This document shows, one piece after another, positions 9,287 to 18,393 of a stretch of 64,000 nucleotides of DNA. The stretch's first letter is position 1, and each line of letters opens with the position of its first letter. A model generated the notes under the pieces. That model was given only the letters and a program-made list of their open reading frames with translations. It searched no databases and was not told the DNA's origin. The translations under genes and the position numbers were made by a program. The stretch is from positions 1-64,000 of the IMG/VR virus record IMGVR_UViG_3300045303_000152; one strand, given 5' to 3'. This DNA is from a virus.

Positions 9287-10114
9287 ATGCGGGTCAGCGT
9301 CAACATTCTCAAGCACAACGGCAATGCGCTGCACACGTGCCGCGCTTTTGCTCGGGGCATCGAGCTATCCGGTGACGAGGCCGTGCTGCGTACAGAGCGC
9401 GACCATCGCATGGATGACTTCGACGCCGCCGTGCTTTGGGGTTATGTAACACCCTGCCAGAATATCGTCAAAGCCTGCCGCGATAAGCGGATACCTTTCG
9501 TGTTCATGGACCTTGGCTACTTTCGCCGCACTGAGAGCGGCTACTTCAAGGTGACGGTCAATGAGCGGCACCCGACCACTTACCTCATGGATACTAAGCT
9601 ACCGTTCGATAGGTTCGAGCGGCTAAAGCTTAACATCCGCCCCTGGCAACGTAACGGCGAGCACATTCTACTAGCAGGTATGTCAGGTAAGGCAGCATGG
9701 TCGTGGAAGCTTGAAGCCGAAAGCTACGAGCGCGAAGCTGTCAGGATATTAAAGAAGTATACCAAACGTTGCATCATCTACCGCCCAAAGCCGAGCTGGC
9801 CCGATGCTCGCCCTATCAAACACGCGAACATGATTAGAGGTACTGCATTAGAGCAGGCCCTCGAGAACGCGCACTGTGTCGTCGCGCATCATTCGAACGC
9901 TGCGTGCGAGGCATTGCTGGCGGGCGTGCCTGTATTCTGCAAGTACGGTGCGGCTTCGCTGTTCAATAGCGGTGAGCTGAGCCAAGTGGAAACCCCGCTC
10001 TACCCTGACGGCCGCGAGCAATGGGCTGCTAACCTCGCCTATAGTCAATGGAACCTTCACGAGATGGCCAGTGGCGAATGCTGGCGGCACCTCAAATCGG
10101 TGGGCTTGATATGA
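9287..10114 (+). CDS. GT-B fold protein, KpsC/KpsS (capsule synthesis)-like, paralogue 1
   Basis: MDLGYF, IIYRPKP, AHCVVAHHSNAACEALLAGVPV, NLAYSQW..EMASG. Confidence 0.72.
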   Translation: MRVSVNILKHNGNALHTCRAFARGIELSGDEAVLRTERDHRMDDFDAAVLWGYVTPCQNIVKACRDKRIPFVFMDLGYFRRTESGYFKVTVNERHPTTYLMDTKLPFDRFERLKLNIRPWQRNGEHILLAGMSGKAAWSWKLEAESYEREAVRILKKYTKRCIIYRPKPSWPDARPIKHANMIRGTALEQALENAHCVVAHHSNAACEALLAGVPVFCKYGAASLFNSGELSQVETPLYPDGREQWAANLAYSQWNLHEMASGECWRHLKSVGLI

Positions 10115-11010
10115 AACTCAACATCGTACTCTACCTGAGTTCGAAGAAGCGTGAGCAGGACTTTCACCGTGCCATGCTGACGGGCTTTAGCAAGCTTGGT
10201 GATCGGGTTAGCTACATGCCAAAGCAGACCTTCGACCTGAGCGACATTCCAGCCAATACCAACGTGCTCGTCATCGTCGGCGTGAAGAGCAAGCGTGTGT
10301 TTCAAGCGTGCAAAGACAAAGGCATTACCGTACTGATGGTTGACAAAGGCTACTTCAGGAATAGGGAGTACTACCGCTTCTCCCTGGGTGGCTATCAACC
10401 GCCTTATCTGGAGGAAATGAAATGTACCCCCGAGCGCATGCGTAGGCTTGGTGTGCGATTGCGGCCTCGTCAAGTGGAAGGTCGCACAATAATCTTTGCC
10501 GGCAGCAGCCACAAGTACTGTAACTTCCATGAGCTGGGAGATGTTAACCTCTATGCAAAACATGCGTGTTTGGCTCTCAACACTATTATGGGCGGTGCGA
10601 AAACTCTTATCTACCGTCCGAAACCTAGCTGGTGGGCGAACGATGCCAAAAGCGAAAAGCGCATCGCGCCCGATACCGACAACCTGCCAGCCAACACACG
10701 ATTTTCTGGTCCAAATGAATTGCTCTCCCAGCTACTCCCTGACTGCCATTGCTTGGTTACGCATGGATCAACCGCAGCCCTAGATGCTTTGGCTGCCGGC
10801 GTGCCGGTACTGCTACTGAGCGACAAAGGCGTCAGTCCAGCTTGGCCGCTGAGCGAGCTTGATATGCGTAAAGTGCTCAATCCTTTCTGGCCTGACGACC
10901 AGTTTCGCCAACAGATATTCGCCAACCTTGCGCACTGTCAGTTCAACTTAGCAGAGATGGCTGACGGTACAGCTTGGGCAAACCTCAAACCCTGGTACAA
11001 GAAGGTCTGA
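10111..11010 (+). CDS. GT-B fold protein, KpsC/KpsS-like, paralogue 2
   Basis: VDKGYF, LIYRPKP, CHCLVTHGSTAALDALAAGVPV, NLAHCQF..EMADG; ATGA overlap at 10111. Confidence 0.72.
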   Translation: MKLNIVLYLSSKKREQDFHRAMLTGFSKLGDRVSYMPKQTFDLSDIPANTNVLVIVGVKSKRVFQACKDKGITVLMVDKGYFRNREYYRFSLGGYQPPYLEEMKCTPERMRRLGVRLRPRQVEGRTIIFAGSSHKYCNFHELGDVNLYAKHACLALNTIMGGAKTLIYRPKPSWWANDAKSEKRIAPDTDNLPANTRFSGPNELLSQLLPDCHCLVTHGSTAALDALAAGVPVLLLSDKGVSPAWPLSELDMRKVLNPFWPDDQFRQQIFANLAHCQFNLAEMADGTAWANLKPWYKKV

Positions 11011-11015
11011 CACCA

Positions 11016-11924
11016 ATGCGAATTATCATCTATACCTTACCCAAGGTCAAGCAGCGTGAGATGACCGAACGTCTCATGAAAGGCTTTCTGGCCAATGGTG
11101 ACTACGTTTCAATCTACCCAGCGGCGCAGGCGTTTCATAGCAGCACCGACCGCTACGAGCTTCGCGATGCTGACCTAGCCGTGATGATCGGCGGGCAGTC
11201 CTTCAGCATTTACGGACAATGCCGCTCGCGCGTGCCGACGTTGTTTGTGGATAAAGCCTACGTCGGCCGGCGAGACTACTATCGCTTGGTGCTCAACGGC
11301 TATCTGCCTTACTACCTTGACGAGCTGGCGCCCAACTACGATAGAATGGAACTTTGTCAGATACCCTTCAAGCCGCGCGTTGCTTACGGCAAGTTTATCA
11401 TCTATGCCGGTTCATCGAACGCCTATTGCCAGCACCACGGCTTGGGCGGCGCTTTGGAATACGACCGCCGGGTATGCGCCCAGATTGTCCGCCAGCTTCA
11501 GGCACTAACGGTGGCTGATATACCCAAGACGATAATGTACCGCATGAAAGCCTCGCTGGTGCCACGCGATCACCTGAAGCAGTATTCCATGCCTGACACG
11601 TTGCCTCCAGGGGTGCAGTACTGTCCGCCCGACGTAAAATTAACTACGCTGCTTCCTGATGCTCATTGCGTGGTAACGTTCGGCAGCAATGCAGCTATAG
11701 AAGCCATCGCTAACGGCGTGCCGGCAGTTGTGCTATCGTCCGCAGGCATCAACCCGGCATGGTCGATAGCAGAACACAATGACGTGCTGAACCCTTACTG
11801 GGCGCCGGACGATCGACGTAGGAGTTTGCTGGGCCGCCTCGCGCAAGTACAGTTCAGCGCGCATGATATAGAGAGCGGATTAGCCTGGGCAATCGTGAGG
11901 CCCTGGTTAGGAAGAGGGAGATAA
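11016..11924 (+). CDS. GT-B fold protein, KpsC/KpsS-like, paralogue 3
   Basis: VDKAYV, IMYRMKA, AHCVVTFGSNAAIEAIANGVPA, RLAQVQF..DIESG. Confidence 0.72.
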   Translation: MRIIIYTLPKVKQREMTERLMKGFLANGDYVSIYPAAQAFHSSTDRYELRDADLAVMIGGQSFSIYGQCRSRVPTLFVDKAYVGRRDYYRLVLNGYLPYYLDELAPNYDRMELCQIPFKPRVAYGKFIIYAGSSNAYCQHHGLGGALEYDRRVCAQIVRQLQALTVADIPKTIMYRMKASLVPRDHLKQYSMPDTLPPGVQYCPPDVKLTTLLPDAHCVVTFGSNAAIEAIANGVPAVVLSSAGINPAWSIAEHNDVLNPYWAPDDRRRSLLGRLAQVQFSAHDIESGLAWAIVRPWLGRGR

Positions 11925-11927
11925 GCA

Positions 11928-12578
11928 ATGGCAGCCTACCAAACTAAGAGCGGCTTTTGGGTGCATGACAATCAGAAGCTGAAGTGGGATAAGCACATTA
12001 ATAGGAAAACGGGCGAGCCTCAGTACCAGATGCCTCAGCTTGAACAGGCGATAGCAGAGTGTAAGCGTGCGGGGCGCATGCATACCGTTATAGATGGTGG
12101 CGCTCACGTCGGCTTGTGGACCTATCACTTCGCGCAGCGCTTCCAGCGAGTACTGGCCTTCGAGCCCACGGTGGATAGCTTTGAGTGCCTACGATTGAAT
12201 AATAAGGATAAAGATAATGTGAAAGTTTACAACCTTGCCTTGAGCAATTACATAGGCACGCTCACGATGGCGCCCAGAAAAATGGGTTGGGAGCATGTAG
12301 CGGAAGGTACCCCCAATGCTATCGACTTGCCCTGTACCACGATTGATAGTTTGGCGTTGAACCAACTCGACTTGCTAAAGTTGGATATCGAGGGTCACGA
12401 GTTCGAGGCATTGAAGGGCGCGGTGCAAACAATCACGCGCTGCAAGCCGGTCATCGTCGTTGAGGATAAGCGGGATATCAGGCCCGGTGAGCTGCCAATC
12501 CACTACCTGATTGATTTGGGTATGGAGCTTGCCCATCGCCTCAAGCATGACCACATTTTTGTGTGGCCTGAAATCTAG
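11928..12578 (+). CDS. FkbM-family SAM-dependent methyltransferase
   Basis: IDGGAHVG, AFEP, LKLDIEGHE..ALKGA, KPVIVVE. Confidence 0.9.
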   Translation: MAAYQTKSGFWVHDNQKLKWDKHINRKTGEPQYQMPQLEQAIAECKRAGRMHTVIDGGAHVGLWTYHFAQRFQRVLAFEPTVDSFECLRLNNKDKDNVKVYNLALSNYIGTLTMAPRKMGWEHVAEGTPNAIDLPCTTIDSLALNQLDLLKLDIEGHEFEALKGAVQTITRCKPVIVVEDKRDIRPGELPIHYLIDLGMELAHRLKHDHIFVWPEI

Positions 12579-12616
12579 TAGCTATTTTGTATTGGAGGCT
12601 AGCAATAATTTTTAGG

Positions 12617-12829
12617 CTACCTAGGTAGCACCCTATTTTGCTGAACGCTGTATATAGGGCTATAGCTATGGGATTTGGGGCTTAATTGGCACGGCGCCGG
12701 CGATGGCGGGGGCGCATCAACCCATATCACGGTAGGCCGTTCTAAGTACTCATGGCCGGTCCAAAAGGCGCCGCGCTGGTACAGCTCAAACAGCCAAGCG
12801 TCCAACCGGGCTTGTTCCTCAGGCGTCAT
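12617..12829 (-). CDS. hypothetical protein
   Basis: ATGA overlap with the upstream small ORF; last gene of the minus-strand block. Confidence 0.45.
   Translation of the reverse strand: MTPEEQARLDAWLFELYQRGAFWTGHEYLERPTVIWVDAPPPSPAPCQLSPKSHSYSPIYSVQQNRVLPR
12626..12655. repeat. dispersed repeat TAGCACCCTA...TTGCTGAACGCTGTATAT, copy 1
   Basis: 18 bp at 12638-12655 are identical to 51602-51619; the preceding 10-mer is also shared. Confidence 0.8.
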
Positions 12830-12996
12830 AGCGAACGGCCGCCCCTAGTTGTGGCGGAGTCCTGCTCTCGAGTGATGCCTAAGCTATTGATGGGCGGTGC
12901 CGGCGTAGCTACGCGGTCGCTGTCGATGCTGACCGTCTGTGGCGACAATAACGGTATCGGGGTTGGCGGGGTTGGCGGTGTATCTTGTTCTGCCAT
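12826..12996 (-). CDS. small Pro-rich hypothetical protein (56 aa, below the ORF-track cutoff)
   Basis: GAGG SD, MAEQDTPPTPPTP..., TGA overlaps the next ATG. Confidence 0.5.
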   Translation of the reverse strand: MAEQDTPPTPPTPIPLLSPQTVSIDSDRVATPAPPINSLGITREQDSATTRGGRSL

Positions 12997-13010
12997 GTTC
13001 AAGCCTCACG

Positions 13011-13478
13011 TTACCTAGGGCGCATGTTAGTCGGTGGGGATAAAGGGTTTCGGTTATCTATCCTCTCCCATGAGCGTTCAACACGTCGCAGGGTATCGTC
13101 AATCGTCGTCAGCTTATTCTTGACGACTTCAACCTCTGTACGCAACTGCATCATTGCGTTGAGGCTGCTCTCAAGCCGTTCGAGGTTTTTGGTGAGCAGC
13201 ATGTAGCGCTCATCCATAACCACCATAGCGCGGGTATGCCGCTCTTCAATCAGCCTGACTTGAGCGGCATCCCTATCTTTCGACTGCTGATCGACTACGG
13301 TGATAGCCAACTGGTTAGCGTCTAGCCTCGCCAGCACGTGCGCGTAAGTAAACCCGAGCTGACCGATGTTGAGGGAGAGGGTCAAGGCCAACGTTATGAC
13401 TGCTAGTGGGCTAGCTTGCCACCACGCAGGTTTACCGTTTCTGCCATTCTCTCCATTATTACCCCCGCTACGTTTCAT
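13011..13478 (-). CDS. membrane-anchored coiled-coil protein
   Basis: probable start ATG 13478 in a TAATG overlap; TM helix then heptad repeats. Confidence 0.65.
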   Translation of the reverse strand: MKRSGGNNGENGRNGKPAWWQASPLAVITLALTLSLNIGQLGFTYAHVLARLDANQLAITVVDQQSKDRDAAQVRLIEERHTRAMVVMDERYMLLTKNLERLESSLNAMMQLRTEVEVVKNKLTTIDDTLRRVERSWERIDNRNPLSPPTNMRPR

Positions 13479-13813
13479 TACGGTTCGAACCCTCTGAGTT
13501 CTAGTGTTGGACCTACCTTTGGGCTTTTTCTTGGCGGCATGACGGGGTGCAGCCTTTTTGGTTTTTGAACGGGCATTTCTATTGGTGGAGCGGGACCTAT
13601 TCGCGTTTCCATTGGTAGCAGGCGTGTCCTGAGCTTGGGCAGGGCTGCCAGCCTCACCATTGGGTGCAAATCCGGGCACTGTGGGCTCATCGCCGTGTGC
13701 AGTCGTAGGCATAACCCCGTTACCCCCGCCAAAGCATCACTTCTCACTTGATTGGCTGCACTGACTGTTAAAATCGTCGCTAGCATTAGCAGGGTGTAGT
13801 ATCTATAGCTCAT
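13478..13813 (-). CDS. hypothetical secreted or membrane Pro-rich protein
   Basis: GGGGG SD, signal-like N-terminus. Confidence 0.55.
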   Translation of the reverse strand: MSYRYYTLLMLATILTVSAANQVRSDALAGVTGLCLRLHTAMSPQCPDLHPMVRLAALPKLRTRLLPMETRIGPAPPIEMPVQKPKRLHPVMPPRKSPKVGPTLELRGFEP

Positions 13814-14036
13814 TAGTCTTTCCCCCTGCTAACCAAGCTCGCGTAGGTTGTAGAGAAATAATTGTAGCTTTACCCTGTGTACCAGTCCTCGCCCCGAAAC
13901 GTCAAGCATAGGGTACGGATCAACTGCGAGTTAAGCTTAGACGCTGCCACAAGCAGCTTGCAAAAGGCTTAGGCGCACGAGACTATCAAAACCAGCCTCG
14001 TGCGCCATCACAACGTGGTATTTACGCTCGTTATTC

Positions 14037-14567
14037 TCAAGCGGGGCTGGATTTATCATTGGCAGCCCCGCTAGCATCTGCTGCGGGCGGCTCGTCTGCT
14101 GGTTTCTCTTGCCTTGTCGACTGCTCTCCTGCCTGACCGTTGACCACATTAGCCGGCGTTGATGGTGGCGCATCATGAGCGTCAGCTGCCTCCCTGGCCT
14201 CCTTTTGCAGTCTGATGACTTCCTCCATCGCCCCGGCGTATTGGAGCTCCTTCTCCTTGAGCTGCTCGGTTAACAGAGCAACGACCTGCTCGGCCTCGGC
14301 GTATTTGGCCATGTAGTGAGCTGCTCGGTCATCTGCTTCTGCCCTTTGCTGTACCACCGCCCGATAGAGCAACTGCAAATCAGACTCGTTAGCGGGGCGC
14401 AGCAGACGTGGCCCACCTGGCAATCCGGGCAACGGCGGTCCTGCTACTCCAGCTTGCCTGGGCCTCGCCCCTGTACTTTGCGCTATTTTGCTAGCTGCTT
14501 CCTGAAGGCGACGTGCCGTCATTTCGCGAACGTTGTTGCTGTCTTTCGTCATGGGGGTGTCCTTCAT
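14037..14567 (-). CDS. hypothetical coiled-coil protein
   Basis: co-oriented ORF, heptad pattern. Confidence 0.65.
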   Translation of the reverse strand: MKDTPMTKDSNNVREMTARRLQEAASKIAQSTGARPRQAGVAGPPLPGLPGGPRLLRPANESDLQLLYRAVVQQRAEADDRAAHYMAKYAEAEQVVALLTEQLKEKELQYAGAMEEVIRLQKEAREAADAHDAPPSTPANVVNGQAGEQSTRQEKPADEPPAADASGAANDKSSPA

Positions 14568-14604
14568 TGATGTTGACTGGTGGGGGTATATGACCTTCTC
14601 AAAC

Positions 14605-15003
14605 TTAGGTTATAGCCTTTTCGTCGGCTTCGTCGGCCTCGTCGTCCTCGTTCTTGGTCTTGACCTGTGGTCGAGCTGCCTTAGCCCGAATTTCATTGAC
14701 ACGGTCCCGTTCTGCTTGCTCGGCTTTGGCGTGCTCCTCCTGTGCCTTCTCCGCCTCCTTTTGTTCCCTCACTTTCCTCTCGAAATCCGCTATTGAAATT
14801 TCCTTCATCTTAGCAAGGAAAGGAACTACCAAAGCATTCGTTTGCTCATGCGTGAGTATTTGTCGCTCACCGTACCCTCGCGTTAGATGTTTATCATCTT
14901 CTGTGACGACGTAACCATGCTCCAAAACGACGTGGGCAATGCGTCCATCTGGCTCAAGCATGATAGCCACGCTTTGTAGGTAGTCTTTCTTTGCCAAGGC
15001 CAT
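14605..15003 (-). CDS. hypothetical protein after the tail fibre (possible fibre chaperone)
   Basis: GGAGG SD before ATG 15003; position. Confidence 0.65.
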   Translation of the reverse strand: MALAKKDYLQSVAIMLEPDGRIAHVVLEHGYVVTEDDKHLTRGYGERQILTHEQTNALVVPFLAKMKEISIADFERKVREQKEAEKAQEEHAKAEQAERDRVNEIRAKAARPQVKTKNEDDEADEADEKAIT

Positions 15004-15024
15004 GTTAACCTCCATTGTTTATCA

Positions 15025-18000
15025 CTACGCTGCGAACGTTCCGATGTTGTTAGGTGACATACGGCGACATAGCCATCTACTACCAAGGCGCGGCGTGATG
15101 GTACCACCAACGTTTTTAGTAGCCTGTATCTTCAAACTCGTGCCGGTGCCATTTTGCAGTTTGATCTTGAAGCGGGCGAAGTGTTCAACGGCAGTTGTCA
15201 ACGTGCCCGTAGTAAATGCTAGTGCCGCTGTGGCGTCCTTTTCAATCTGTCCGCGCAGCATTGTGGCAGACGCTGACCCAGGCGCTACTATACCTGTTAG
15301 CGGGCTCATTTCAAAGTCGATGTTCTGCGAGGTCGGCGCCGCCGAGTTGGTCAGCGTCCAGGTCACCGTGCCGGCCGTGGTATTGAGGAAAAATACCTCG
15401 ATTTCGATTTCGTAGTAGGCGCTGGCGACTAGCGAGATGTTGGACGTGGTGCCGAAGAAATTTGCGATCGTGCTGATCGTCGAGCCGTCAGCCGTAAGAT
15501 GGAAATACTGCTCGACCGGAACAGCACCGCGACCGCTCGATGTATCTATAGTCTTATAGTGCTGCACGCCATCGTATTCGTGCGTGCCGGCCACTGGTGT
15601 AGTTAGATTGGTACCCGATGCCATGCGCAACGGTGCGACGGTCGCCGTTCCAGCGGCGATGTCAACGAAGTGCGCGGGCGCGTTCGTGCTGCCGATGCCG
15701 AACATGCCCGTTGCCAACAAATCTCCCGCATTTATACTGGTCGCAGTGCCGATCGAGACACCACCGGCAGCCTGAATGTAGAGCCTATCAGAATTGTTGG
15801 TGGCAAAGCTCAGCCTCGCGTTGGCCTGCAAGTTGATAGACGTGTTGCCGCCGGAGCTGTTTTGATTGATTAGCAGCCCAGAGCCAGACGTGTCGTAGCG
15901 GAAGCGCATTTGGCCGCCGCCGCCGCTCTCAACAATGTCAAGCCGAACGGCGCCACCATCAGATGTATTCTGGTAGCCAAGTGATATGCGCCCGTTTTTG
16001 TTTATATAGACGGCCTGCGTCGCGCCATTGTTGCCGACGTTGAATGCAATGCCATCGGTGGCGCCAACCCCGGAGGTGGACTGCAGGGTGAGCGTCGAGC
16101 CGGTGCCCGTGCCGCCGATCACCTTCGGAGTGGTAATCGACGTGGTGAACGCCGGCGCTGTGTCGAACACATTGACACCCGTGCCTGTACTATCGGTCAG
16201 GGCCGTGCGTAGATTGGCACTCGATGGTGAAGTTAGGAATGTCTGTATGCCTGCTGCATTTGAGGCGAGAAGGTTTACACCCTCGACTGCGGCCACGCCC
16301 GCCGAAGCACGGCTCAGCGTAGTATCGCTGGCAGCCCCAAGTTCGATTGTAGCGAATTGTGGATTAGAAGTCGTCTTAACAGCTTGGTCGAACCAATCGG
16401 CCAGGGTGGGATTGCCGTTAAGAGTGACTGTTCGATCTGCATCTCCAGTTGTGAAATTAAGGATACGGTCAGCGGTCAGGTTCGATGGCGTCTTGATATT
16501 TAGCCAATTGCTGGCATCACTATCGTGCAGAAACAGACCAGCATTAGTAGAAATGAATGCACGATTGGTCGTTAAGTCGCCGTAGATCGTTCCGGCCATA
16601 GCATAAATTTGCGACCAGCGCTTGCTGGCACTACCGAGCGTGTAGAGATTATCGCCCGTCGGCAGCATGTCATGCGGCCATGCTGTCGTTGTGGCAATGC
16701 CATTGCTGTGGATCGTCTTGTCGGTGCCGGTGCTCGAGTCCTGGATCGCCGAGCCGGTCGTGCCACGCGTATCGTTGCCGATGAACTTCCAGTGGTCGCT
16801 GCCACCCGCTTCGACGATGAGGGCAGCAGCATTAGCTCCAGCTGTAAGGTTGGAACCCGCCTCATTGAAGGAAAAGTCCCAATCACTAACGCCGGCCTTG
16901 GTATAGAAGGCCGCAGTGGCGAAGCCACCAACCGAGTTGCCAAAGGCGCGATTACGCACGCCGGCGGCGTTATAAATGCCGATCGCGCCCGAGGCGATAA
17001 GATTGCCTACCGCGTTGAGCTCACCTGCCCAATTGGAGCGCACAGCTAGCGCCGAAGAACCAGTGTTTAGGCCGCCGTAGATTTCGCTGGAGTCGACATA
17101 GAGTGCTTTGCCATCGGTGGCGTCGATACTGCCGCCGGGCGACTGTGAGATAACACACTGGCTGATGAAGGTCAGATATGGTGCAGTGCCAGCACCGAGG
17201 TTACGCAGGCCAATGGCAGCAGTATTCCAACAACCTGAGAAGTCACTTTGGTCGATATGCGTTTCTGATGCCCCGGTGTCGAGCAGCAGGCTGTAGGAGG
17301 TCGTCGGCCCAACTAGGTTCCAAACGACGCTGCCGTCGGCTATATCCTGGAAATAGCTCTTGAGAGCCGGAGCGCTTCCCGCCGTCGTGCCGGCGGTTTT
17401 GCATTGAAGAATGAACCCGCTCAGCGTAGAGGTCTGGCCAGCATCGTAGTGCGTGGAGTTAGCTCGGGCTGAAGGGGCGGTATACCCATAAGCCGGCGTC
17501 GAGACAGGCCAACTCTGGTCGCATTTACATCGTCGCATCCACAGAGCGATGCCGCGATTGTACACCGACGCAGAGCCAAGCGCGTAGGCGATGAAACACC
17601 TGTCGATGATCGTGTCGGCGGCATCATTGAGAATGCAGGACCAGCCACCAGTGATGTAACAGCGCTCAATGTTTGCATCGACGCAACCGTCGAGATGGAT
17701 GGTATGGGCGCTACCGCTGATAGTCGTAATGTCGAGCGTGTTTGAAACAAAGCCCTGCCCCCCCGCGCCGAAAATGGCGACATCGCGGATATCAGGCCGA
17801 CCGCCGGTGAAATGCAGCAACTTGAAGTTCGAGCCCTGGGGTGCCTGTATCGCGGTCGTAAGCCATCCTGACCCACGCATGATAATGCTATCTGAGATAG
17901 TCACACCAGAGGCAGGCGTGTGGGCCCCTGGTGGCATCCACAATTCTGAACCATTGTCAACGCAATAGTCGACCGCGTGCTGAAAAGTGTCAAAATCCGT

Positions 18001-18378
18001 GACACTGACAATTTCGCGATCCTTTTCTAAGATAGTACGTTCGACAGCATTAGGATCATCTTGCGAAAACGGCAGCAGGTCTGGAAGATCTGCAACATCC
18101 GTTTCACCAGCCGTACCGATGGGCACGTATCTCCATGTACGCGAGCCGTCGGTATAACTGGCAACTATCTTATAAGCTCCGCCAGCAACATGGAAGAATA
18201 CGTAACCGTTACTATCCGCCGTTGCTGGATTATTTATAGGTGTAGTCCCAGCACGATCAGAGTAAATAATAGCTAACGGAAAACCTGCGGTTTCCGAGCG
18301 GACTTCAACTAATGCGCCCGGCTGGATATCACCAGCCTCGTTGACTATTGTTGCCTGCCAACGACCATAGATTGCCAT
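15025..18378 (-). CDS. tail fibre/tailspike with a right-handed beta-helix (pectate-lyase-like) domain
   Basis: N-terminal anchor domain, VSVTDF...FQHAVD...WMPPG beta-helix cap, Gly/Ser/Thr/Asn-rich repeats. Confidence 0.82.
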   Translation of the reverse strand: MAIYGRWQATIVNEAGDIQPGALVEVRSETAGFPLAIIYSDRAGTTPINNPATADSNGYVFFHVAGGAYKIVASYTDGSRTWRYVPIGTAGETDVADLPDLLPFSQDDPNAVERTILEKDREIVSVTDFDTFQHAVDYCVDNGSELWMPPGAHTPASGVTISDSIIMRGSGWLTTAIQAPQGSNFKLLHFTGGRPDIRDVAIFGAGGQGFVSNTLDITTISGSAHTIHLDGCVDANIERCYITGGWSCILNDAADTIIDRCFIAYALGSASVYNRGIALWMRRCKCDQSWPVSTPAYGYTAPSARANSTHYDAGQTSTLSGFILQCKTAGTTAGSAPALKSYFQDIADGSVVWNLVGPTTSYSLLLDTGASETHIDQSDFSGCWNTAAIGLRNLGAGTAPYLTFISQCVISQSPGGSIDATDGKALYVDSSEIYGGLNTGSSALAVRSNWAGELNAVGNLIASGAIGIYNAAGVRNRAFGNSVGGFATAAFYTKAGVSDWDFSFNEAGSNLTAGANAAALIVEAGGSDHWKFIGNDTRGTTGSAIQDSSTGTDKTIHSNGIATTTAWPHDMLPTGDNLYTLGSASKRWSQIYAMAGTIYGDLTTNRAFISTNAGLFLHDSDASNWLNIKTPSNLTADRILNFTTGDADRTVTLNGNPTLADWFDQAVKTTSNPQFATIELGAASDTTLSRASAGVAAVEGVNLLASNAAGIQTFLTSPSSANLRTALTDSTGTGVNVFDTAPAFTTSITTPKVIGGTGTGSTLTLQSTSGVGATDGIAFNVGNNGATQAVYINKNGRISLGYQNTSDGGAVRLDIVESGGGGQMRFRYDTSGSGLLINQNSSGGNTSINLQANARLSFATNNSDRLYIQAAGGVSIGTATSINAGDLLATGMFGIGSTNAPAHFVDIAAGTATVAPLRMASGTNLTTPVAGTHEYDGVQHYKTIDTSSGRGAVPVEQYFHLTADGSTISTIANFFGTTSNISLVASAYYEIEIEVFFLNTTAGTVTWTLTNSAAPTSQNIDFEMSPLTGIVAPGSASATMLRGQIEKDATAALAFTTGTLTTAVEHFARFKIKLQNGTGTSLKIQATKNVGGTITPRLGSRWLCRRMSPNNIGTFAA

Positions 18379-18393
18379 GACGTTTTCTACTCT

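Noticed and set aside
13011-13712. 233-aa version of this ORF from the track
   Set aside because: The first 78 codons overlap the better-supported 13478-13813 gene; the TAATG junction indicates a start at 13478
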